A DNA stretch of 64,000 bases, taken from contig NC_043004.1 in NCBI RefSeq assembly GCF_006345805.1, forward strand, positions 21,824,001 through 21,888,000. Direction: 5' to 3'. The notes under the pieces were generated by a model that did no database searches, was not told where the DNA came from, and worked only from the letters and a program-made list of their open reading frames with translations. A program made the translations under genes and the position numbers. Every line of letters starts with the position of its first letter. The first letter of the stretch is position 1. The DNA comes from Octopus sinensis. Taxonomy: Eukaryota. Shown here one piece after another: positions 54,549 to 64,000 of the stretch.

Positions 54549-55118
54549 ATGTCTGTCTATCGATCTATCAGTCTTTCTCTCCCACTCACTCACTAACACA
54601 ACACACACATCCTCTTTTCATGTCCTTCTTGTTTTCGTGTTGTTCATTGAGTAACATATACATTTCAAATTCATTTCTGTCTATACCTACTCTTCATATA
54701 TTTTCTTTACCGCCCGCTCCTTCTTTTACCGTTCTTTTACCTCTATCGTTTCCTCCTCTCAGTGTGAATGTATAAGTTGATATTTCATGATATTTCATGT
54801 TAGGTGCCATTTCAGTCATTGAAGTGTAGTCAAATATTAGTTCGAAATAATGAAGTGCAAAATTGTTATGCACGTTTTAAATCAAGGTGTTTTTGTCCGT
54901 TTGTTTGTTAAATGATTAATTACATCGCTTGGCCGTCTTTGTGGCTAATTTTATTAGCAGCTGTATGTTTACGATTGTAGTCCTGGGGGCGACACCTGCT
55001 GCTTCCGACAGGCATCCGCAGGTGCCTAACCTTTAAGATTGATCCCATGGCTCTTTGTTGCGTGGTTGGACACGTGAACTTGAAAGTTCATGTATCTGGT
55101 CGTTTTGTTAGTGTTATA

Positions 55119-56392
55119 TTGGGTTGGCAACTAAGTTCCCGCCGTTTTTTTTTAAATTTAGATTTTTTTAAAGGTTTAATAAAAAGTAACAACTAATTAA
55201 TCAATAATGTATTCACCCTTGTTGTTTACAACTTCTTCCCAACGTTCAGCAAGATATTCAATACCTCGTTAGTAGAAATCACCCGATTTCGACTCGAAAA
55301 ATTTATTCAACGAAGCTCTCAATTCTGCATCAGTGCCGAAAGAAGCTCCGCGCGTAGCATTTGAAAGCGATGGAAAGAGGTGGAAATCCGTTGGTGCCAA
55401 ATCAGGAGAGTACGACGGGTGTGGCAGCACCTCCCAGCCGTGCGTTTGAATGGCTTCCTTGGTCGTATTGGCGATATGGGGACGGGCGTTATCGTGCAGC
55501 AGAAGAACTCCATACTGCCGATTAAGTCTTTTCTCTTGAATATCCGTGTTGAATATAGAGTTCCGCGTTGACCGTTCGATTCTGTTCAAGCAATTCGTAA
55601 TGGATAATCCCTTCCGAGTCCCACCATACGCACAACATCGTTTTACGCAGATGAAGATCTTCTTTCACGCGCAATGTAGCTTGTTTACCAGGGCTAAGCC
55701 ATTCCTGAAGCTGCTTCATATTGATGTACAGGCACCATTTTCCGTCGCCAGTAACGATTGGGTAAAGAAATCGTTGCTTGTGTCCATGAGTTGAGCGGTG
55801 GCAAGCAAGCAAACCATCGGTGATTGTGGCTCGTTGATTTTTATTGTTGTCACTTAAAGCATGTGGAACCCATGATGAATACTTCTGAACTTTTCCCATC
55901 GAGTGAAGATGCTTCTCTATAGCAGGGTGGGAGAATTCCATTTTCTCTGCCAGTATACCTCTCGTTTGACAAGAATTTTCGTGCAAAAGTTGGTTTAATC
56001 GCTCTTCATCGAACTCAACTGGACAGCCAGAACGAGGTGCCTCTTTGAGATCAAAATTTCCATTTTTGAACTTAGCATACCAATCACGAGCGGTTCTTTC
56101 AGTTATGGTACCCTCTCCATATACAGAAAAAAACGTCGCGAGCAGCTTTTGCGGCCTTAGAACATTGATTAAAACCAAAAAGAACGTGTCGAAAAGCTCG
56201 TTTTTCTTAAATTGACATTCCATTTCAATGATCTGAAAATAAACATAAATTAGCTAAAATTAACTAGAAAAGACAAAATAGATTCCAAAATGATTCAAAA
56301 AAAGAATTTTCGAAAAAAATAGATTCCAAAATTTAAAAACGCAATAAATTCCAAAATTTAAAAAATCGGCGGGAACTTAGTTGCCAACCCAA
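55119..56392 (-). mobile_element. Full-length (1274 bp) mariner DNA transposon, mellifera-subfamily-like, inactivated
   Basis: Terminal inverted repeats TTGGGTTGGCAACTAAGTTCCCGCCG are identical over 26 bp at 55119 and 56367-56392, and flanked by TA at 55117-18 and 56393-94. The transposase on - carries WVPH, TGD(G)KW, HDNARPH and YSPDLAPTD (DD34D) motifs. Confidence 0.97.
55197..56223 (-). pseudogene. Mariner transposase pseudogene
   Basis: Split into track ORFs 55522-56223 and 55269-55589. A premature TAA at 55269 is followed in frame by RGIEYLAERWEEVVNNKGEYIID* (stop at 55197-55199). There is a frameshift after AELYIQ and a compensating -1/+1 pair near the N-terminus. Confidence 0.93.
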
Positions 56393-56439
56393 TACATTCT
56401 TTATTTCAGTGATTCAAGTATGTATTGTTTTGACGTTGG

Positions 56440-56760
56440 TTAACATAGATTCTGGTATATGTCGGTAACTTGAGATGAGTCTAGATCTTTTGTATATGAA
56501 TTGAGAAGCAGAGCATTTGCAAATCTGATCTGAAGAAGGTGCACCTCGTTCTCTATGATGAGCTATCCGCAGTCACTCTTTTGATATTTGTTTTCATTCC
56601 TGCATTCTTGGTTTCACAAATCTGATTGGATAGTGCTGCATATTCTTTTAGATCCTGCGACCGGGATGAGTTATTATGTTGATATGAGCGTATTCTCTCG
56701 TAGTCATAATAACAAGTTAAAGTGTTAGAGAATACGTTATTGTAGAAATCTATATTCGCA
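56440..56760 (-). mobile_element. Degenerate Penelope GIY-YIG C-terminal fragment
   Basis: Minus translation HNNSSRSQDLKEYAALSNQICETKNAGMKTNIK.../YKRSRLISSYRHI resembles 'H..SFR......T.LS..IW..K......I.W...NKRSELIS.CRH'. The full-length mariner sits just downstream of it. Confidence 0.5.
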
Positions 56761-57483
56761 TCGAATTATTTGCCTGTCATAGCAATTATAGTATATTATA
56801 CAGTGGTTGTAGCTTGAAAATCCTAGTTACAAATACTGATGTATAGTACCTTGATTTTAGTTCTTTCTAATATTGTGCATTTTCTTTTTACAGCTGTAGG
56901 TCATGTTTACATTGGGTTTGTTAGACTTGAACAAAAAGTGGAAACTGTCGGGTCGAGAAATATTTAGTGGAAGCACTTTTAGCATAGATGTTTTATGTGG
57001 TAATGGAGTGTATAACATACAGTGACATTGATTTACCGGTGGGGTTGGACCTTCTATGAACGTGGTGAGATTTGATTGTTCGCAAGGCTGTGATCGACAG
57101 AGTTGCATCACATCTTCGTAGCATCAATCGGCTTTATTAAATACAGCTTCAACTGCAGATTAAGATATTACATTAGAGATGCTGTGTTCATATCTAATTA
57201 GGTTAAGTGGTTGGTTTTATTTTGCATAGTAAAATATAGCTTCTACCTGCGAGATAAATGGAATAAGAATTTTTGCTGTTGTTTTTTTCTCTTTGTTGTT
57301 TTCTTCTATTTGAAATTCGTTACTCAAGCTGTAAACCATGTAATGCGGTCCCTATGTTTTGAAGTAGGGAAGAGAACGCACCTAATTTATCTATCTGCAT
57401 TTTGCTCTCTCTCGCTCTCTCTTCCTCACTCACTCACTCTCTCTCTCTCTCTCTCTCACACATACACACAAAACACACAAGCA

Positions 57484-57518
<35 letters not shown>

Positions 57519-57736
57519 CACATACACAAACAGTCTTCCTATACCGGCATTATTCAGAAAATAAGTGCACTTGGATGAAGTGTTTCGCAGTTCGTAGCCG
57601 CTCCTCAAAGGTGCAATCGGCTTCCCAGTCATATATTACAGTCATAGCATATATTACAATATCACACTCATAGTATATGTTACAATATCACACGCATACA
57701 TAAATTTAGCTTAATTTCTCGACTTGTCAAAGTAAT

Positions 57737-58256
57737 GCTCCAGCATGGCGGCAGTCAAATGAGTGAAGAAGATAAAAGAATAAAAGAATATATGTGTGTG
57801 TGTGTGTGTGTGTTTGTATGTATGCATGTATGTATGTATGAATGTATGTATGTATATATATCAATACATAGCTGTGCAGTAAGAATTTTATTTCCCAACC
57901 ACATGGTTTCAGCTTCAGTCCCACTGCCTAGCACCTTGGAAAAATGCCTCCTACAATAACTTCGGAGCGACCAAACCTTTGCGATTGCATTTGGGACGGA
58001 AACTGAAAGAAGTACGTCGTGTATGTGTGTGTGTGCGTGCGTGCATGTGTGTGTGTGCGTGTGTCTTTGTGAGTGTGCCCCTAAACACCGTTGATGTGTT
58101 GACATCTATGTAGTCAAGTGGTTCGAAAAATGACACCAAGAGATTAAGTACCGGTCTTGAAAAAAATAAGTACTGGGGTTGATTCATTCGACAAGAAATT
58201 CTTCATGGTGCTGCCACAGCATGACCGCAGTCTAATGACTGAAAAGAGTAAAATAT
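57737..58256 (+). mobile_element. Tandem SINE family A pieces (3' end 57737-57790; near-complete copy 57868-58256)
   Basis: TGCTCCAGCATGGCGGCAGTCAAATGAGTGAAG, then CCCAACCACATGG...TTCAGTCCCACTGC...GACGGAAACTGAAAGAAG...CAGCATGACCGCAGTCTAATGACTGAAA. Confidence 0.8.
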
Positions 58257-58390
58257 AACAGATATATATATATATATTTATCTATCTCTTACTCTCGTTC
58301 ACTTACCCTCACTTTTTCTTTCATTCTCTCTCTCTCTCTATATATATATATATAATAAATTGCGAGATAAATATTTTGATATATACATAT

Positions 58391-58449
<59 letters not shown>

Positions 58450-58459
58450 TATATACATA

Positions 58460-58722
58460 TAGTAGTCGTATACTGTCAACTCAATGTGACAGTCCCGTAA
58501 GGGAATTACACCACCGCCATTTAGCCCTAGGAAACATCGACGTCTCCTGTCGGCTTTGACACATTTTCCGTGTCCTTATATTTGCCCACCCCTTTGGAAA
58601 TATAAGGACACAGAAAATGTGTCAAAACCAACAGGAGGCGTCGATGTTTCCTAGGGCTAAAAGGCGGTAGTGTAATTCCCTTTACGGGACTGTAACATTG
58701 AAGTGGCAGTATACGACGACTA
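58460..58722. mobile_element. MITE-like near-perfect hairpin (263 bp; ~127-bp arms, 9-nt loop) beside (TA)n
   Basis: 58460-58586 is the reverse complement of 58596-58722 at about 90% identity by eye. Its GC content is well above the flanks. Confidence 0.93.
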
Positions 58723-58795
58723 ATGCGCTCCACCACCGCTTATGTCTCTCTGAGACATTTAGAAATTCAATATTTCTAATATATATATATAATAT

Positions 58796-58841
<46 letters not shown>

Positions 58842-59011
58842 GTATATGCGTGTATATATATGTATGTGTGTATATGTGTGTATATATATATATGTATATG
58901 TGTATATATATATATATATGTATATGTGTATATATATATATATATTATACATATATATGTACATATATATTGTATACGTATATTATATAATATATATACA
59001 TATATATGTAC

Positions 59012-59077
<66 letters not shown>

Positions 59078-59087
59078 TATATATATA

Positions 59088-59272
59088 CATAGGGAGAGTT
59101 TACGAAAAAACAAAAGACGAAGACAGGTGGTGTACAAACAAACAAATGTATTAGTATAACGCTCAGGAATAGAAAAAAGTCTTTTACGTTTCGAACCTAC
59201 GCTCTTCTACATAAAGGGACACAGAAAAAACAAGGAGAGAAAAAAAGGTGTGTAGTAGGTAACTATCTATCA
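59088..59272 (-). repeat. Short interspersed repeat, probably Penelope pseudo-LTR-derived, embedded in (TA)n
   Basis: Non-microsatellite island between TA tracts. The minus strand has a hammerhead-like fold CTTT-ATGTAGA-A-GAGC(gtag)GTTC-GAAAC-GTA-AAAG at 59181-59216. Confidence 0.5.
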
Positions 59273-59287
59273 TGGCGATAAATATAC

Positions 59288-59370
<83 letters not shown>

Positions 59371-59400
59371 ATATATATATATATATACATATATATATAA

Positions 59401-59488
<88 letters not shown>

Positions 59489-59730
59489 GGGGGGCGAGTT
59501 GTAAGGCGGCAGAAACGTTAGCGCGCCGGGCGTAATGCTTCGCGGTATTACGTCTGCCGTTACGTTTTGAGTTCAAATTCCACCGAGGTCGACTTTGCCT
59601 TTCATCCTTTCGGGGTCAATAAATAAAGTACCAGTTTCGTACTGGGGTCGATGTAATCGACTTAATCTTCTTGTCTGTCCTTGTTTGTCCCCTCTATGTT
59701 TAGCCCCTTGTGGGTAGTAACAAAAAATAT
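59489..59730 (+). mobile_element. SINE family C, near complete, within (TA)n
   Basis: GGCAGAAACGTTAGCGCGCCGGGCG...GAGTTCAAATTCCACCGAGGTCGACTTTGCCTTTCATCCTTTCGGGGTC...AGCCCCTTGTGGGTAGTAA. Confidence 0.9.
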
Positions 59731-60466
59731 ATATATGTGTGTGCGTGTGTGTGTGTATGTATATATATTCATGTGTAATGTACAACTGAGCTTAGAAACG
59801 CACAGGGATAAGATATTTCCCAACATTGAAGTCGATTGTAATATTTTTTATTATGGGGGTAAATTTACTTTCAGCAAATTCTCTGAATGTCAAGAGCATC
59901 ACTGATCACGTATGTAATTATTGAGAGGCGACACGAAATTTTCATAACACAGTATTCGTGTGGTGTGCATTTAAATGGCCAAATTACGGAAAGTGTGAAC
60001 AAACATAGAAACGCACACGTACACAAACACATACACACACAAGCACACACACAAACTCTCTCTCCCTTTTTCTCTCTCTCTCTCTCTCTCTCTCCTCTAT
60101 CTGTCTCTCTCACGCAATCACAAGCAAAATAAAAACGTGTGTATACGTTTCAAATTTTATATGTGTATATATATATAGCTATATATCTGAACATTATTAT
60201 TTTATATGCGTGACTACGAAAAAACACGCGCGTGCATACAAACACAGCGCACACACACACACACACACACGCACACACACAGAAACACACACACACACAG
60301 AAACACACACACAAACACACACACACACACACACAGAAGCACACACACACAAACACATACACACACACAGAAACACACACACACACGTATATTTTCGTAC
60401 AAGTCTATGAATCAATGAATAGTGAATGTTTAAAATTTATATAACGATGTATATATATGCTTATAT

Positions 60467-60501
<35 letters not shown>

Positions 60502-60532
60502 CACACACATATATATAATATATGTATATATA

Positions 60533-60587
<55 letters not shown>

Positions 60588-62747
60588 ATGTATGCATGTA
60601 TTGCATCTCTGTACATCCCTACTCTGTATGTATGTGTGTGTGTATTCATATATATATATATACACATATATATTTGTTTATATATAGCAGGTGTGTACGT
60701 GTCCTTCTTCATTGTCATGTAGAACACTAATACGATCGTAAGAATAAGATAGATGTAGTTGTCGAAGGCTCTTTAGTCACAAAACGACAGTAGCCCCAGC
60801 TTGGTCGGGAAATGTTTAAAATCATTACGAAAATGTTTGAGGTAGCCACGAATTATGCGTAGGGGGAGGAGTTTGTGGAGGAACCTTAATGTAGTGGTAC
60901 GTTTATTTACATTTGTATCTTAGGTGATTAATATTCCCACGTAACGGCTACTCTCTCTATTGTATGTGCTTAGGTGTGCGAGTTTTTATTTCTATTCACT
61001 TATGTGTTTGTATATTTGTTAGTATGTGTGTATGTTTGTGTTTGTCTGCGTGTGATGGATTGCGTGTTTGTGTTAAAGAGTGACTTTCATGTTCAGGAAC
61101 TTAAAAATTCTCTCTCTTTCTCTCTCTCTCTCTCTCTATGTATATATATATATATGTGTGTGTTTGTTGTGTGTGTATAATATATCTGTATATATATATA
61201 TCTATGGGATATATATATTATATTTATAAATATATATGTATATATATATATATATATAATGTATAATATATGTTATATATATATTGTATATACTATGTAT
61301 ATATATTATATGTATATATATACACACATACGTATATATATTATATGTGTACATACATATATACATACATATATATATGTATGTGTATATATATATATGT
61401 ATATACACACATGCATATATACACATATATACATGCATATACACATATATACATGCATACATACATAACTATATATATGTATAGTTATATACATCCATAT
61501 CTTTGTGTGAGTGTATGTGTGTGTGTTTGTGTGTATGTGTATGTATGTGTGTGGGTGAGTGTATAATGAGAGAAAGAGTGAGAAAGGGGAAGGAAGGAGT
61601 AGGTGGTCACAGCGAATGAAATGGTGTAGTTGTACCTCAGTGGATTTTCGAAAAACTTTTTATCGATTTTCATCCTAATCTCATCCCTATTACCTGAAAT
61701 GTTTTTCACTCTCACCTGCACACAAAACCTAACATCTTTTGACACAAAATAGGATGATATGTGACCAAAATCAATAAAACTACTGTGAAACATCTGAGGG
61801 TCTACCAATAAATCACACGCCCTCACCAGTATTTAGGTTATGGTTACAAAGGTATGAGTTTAAATTACGCGTGAAAATTCTGAGTAAAAAGTAAAATAAA
61901 ATTTTCTGTAATCAGTCGCAACATTTACTATTGAGTATCACAGAGACACACCCACCCACACAAACGCACATTCGCATATGCGTGTGTATATACACCCACA
62001 CAAGTATACATTACATACCAATTTACATATCTATTTTTAACTCCTGATTCTCCACCCCCATATATATATATATACACTTTGTATATATATATACACTTTG
62101 AATTTCTTTTCTTTTTACTCTAAGAGTAATCTTAGTCTTACGAAAAAAAGAAAGCAAAAATGTAAACTAATATGACCCCATAAAAAAAAACAAATAAGTT
62201 AACGCTACGTGTTACCTCCTTTCATAATGGACGCCTTAAATTGTCATTAGACGAACTTGCGTAACGTTTTTATTTATTATTTTTCAATATAGCATTAAGT
62301 GATCCTTAGCCGAAATTGCGTGGGTGTAAAAAAATTGTGTTTGTTTGTGTGTGCGTGTGTGTATGTATGTGTGTGTGTATGTGTGAGTGTGTGCGTGTGC
62401 ATGTGTGTGTGTTCCTTGGTGTGTATAAGTATATACATACGTGCGATTTAGCGTCCGTGCAATCTAGGTATGTGTGTCTGAACATCTATATGTGAGCGCG
62501 TCTTTTCGTTCGCTTCGCATTCGCTGTCTTCAACTGCATTGGAACAACTGCATCTAAGATAAAATACATCGGAATAACAGGCGCACACTTCCAGCGCTTC
62601 AACTCCACAGACTCATTCAGTCACACTGCCGTCAGCGCCTAACATTAACGTCGACAATGCTAGCAACACTTGCTTCCACTTCTCAGCCTCACAGACCGGA
62701 ACTGTCTGCTAGAACACCAGTGATGATCCGTTACTGATATACATACA

Positions 62748-62834
<87 letters not shown>

Positions 62835-63015
62835 GTGTGTATGCTTGTATATTATGTATGTGTGTGTAATATTTTAGACAACAAATCTCACGAAATGACA
62901 GTTGAAAAAAAAACATAATAAATATCTCAAAAAATAATAGTTTGAACAATTTAAAAATTAACACTCGCACTTGTGTACTTACAAATCAACGTATTCAAGC
63001 TCACTGCCACCACAG

Positions 63016-63100
<85 letters not shown>

Positions 63101-63714
63101 CAAATACACACACATACACACATATATCGTCATCACGGATACATCTTTTATATATTATTACATGATTGACATCGGGAGAAAAATAAATTGTACTTTTCGC
63201 GTATAAGATTTAATTTCTATTTGTTAGTTTTTCTATATAAATTACAATAATCGATTAGACTGTGCCATATATTTATATTGTATATTATATATTTCCCGAT
63301 TGATAAAGTAACCTCATACACACACACACACACACACACGCTCACAAACTCATGAAAACACATAAAGAAGAATTGATCGATTAGTTTAGCCGTTTATCTG
63401 TTAGATGTCAGTTTGTCTATTCTAGTTCTGAATGACTTGTTTTGTGATTTCGGAAAAGTTGTCATTAACGCAACTTTTGTTGTGGAGATAGTTTGCTACA
63501 GAGCTGCAAATAATGCCGACTGCACAATTACCTCCACCGCTGATAGAATCACAACAGAAACAACAACATCAACAGATTTTTTTCCAATATCACCGTCGCA
63601 TCAACATGTATACCACACACGGCCAAAAGTAGTGGCGATGTTTAGCTAAAAATACAAACAAAATAATTGGAAACACCATATTTCTCCTACACAATCTGTT
63701 TAAAGTTTACAGAG

Positions 63715-64000
63715 ATGGCTCTGCGACTCTTAGTCCCTTGGTTTCTATTTCTACATTGTTCTTCTAGAGTAGAATGCAAAACTGTGAACATCGTGGTGAT
63801 TTTACCGACCAACGAGCAATGGCTATTTTGTCTCCAGCGTGTTTTACCCGCAATAAGACTCGCCATGGACAATCTTCCAAAAATATCAAATTTGACATTT
63901 TCGGTCAAGTCTGGAGATTCGAAGTGTTCAATAGCACATGGCATAAAAGCATCTATTGATTTATACATGCAAACCCAAATTGATGTTTTTTTTGGACCCG
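63715..64000 (+). CDS. First coding exon (partial, runs off window) of a natriuretic peptide receptor / receptor guanylyl cyclase family protein: signal peptide plus start of the ANF-receptor ligand-binding domain
   Basis: Hand translation from ATG 63715 is open to the window end: MALRLLVPWFLFLHCSSRVEC-KTVNIVVILPTNEQWLFCLQRVLPAIRLAMDNLPKISNLTFSVKSGDSKCSIAHGIKASIDLYMQTQIDVFFGP. The hydrophobic N-terminus ends in V-E-C (signal peptide). It then shows the NPR ectodomain pattern 'V.VILP...F...RV.PAI.LA', 'DS.C' and 'D.FFGP'. An in-frame TAA lies upstream at 63664-63666. NPR1/2-type versus NPR3-type cannot be decided from this fragment. Confidence 0.9.
   Translation, partial: MALRLLVPWFLFLHCSSRVECKTVNIVVILPTNEQWLFCLQRVLPAIRLAMDNLPKISNLTFSVKSGDSKCSIAHGIKASIDLYMQTQIDVFFGP

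Noticed and set aside
54975-55035. CACCTG...CAGGTG hairpin downstream of the Penelope fragment as another hammerhead
   Set aside because: No GAAA box or cleavage triplet in the right place.
62520-62730. GC-richer stretch reading FNCIGTTASKIKYIGITG, a possible GIY-YIG relic or enhancer
   Set aside because: Only the YIG motif matches and the downstream R...H pattern is not recoverable; left unassigned.

Overview
This is very AT-rich eukaryotic genomic DNA, dense in microsatellites and transposable elements. The tRNA-derived SINE families and the (TA)n/(CA)n/(GATA)n load look like an Octopus-type coleoid cephalopod genome (inference from recalled repeat families; no search was run). One host gene is well supported. 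A signal-peptide-bearing first coding exon of a natriuretic-peptide-receptor / receptor-guanylyl-cyclase (ANF-receptor domain) family gene starts at 63715 on + and runs off the window end; the ORF track missed it because no stop lies in the window. The other ~63.7 kb is intergenic or 5'-UTR intron filled with TE relics: at least 17 SINE copies of three families, four mariner and two Tc1 relics, three Penelope GIY-YIG relics, R4/Dong, Tx1/L1 and RTE LINE fragments, and five MITE-like or palindromic foldbacks. Most ORF-track entries are microsatellite read-throughs. The more unusual observations are: a Tx1 LINE inserted in a (TC)n microsatellite; hammerhead-ribozyme motifs in four different repeat families, one as an inverted pair; a 268-bp near-identical templated copy inserted into a SINE; and a SINE nested in its own family with a target-site duplication. 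I did not find a wholly new biological system; these are mostly instances of known mechanisms, possibly in undescribed element families.
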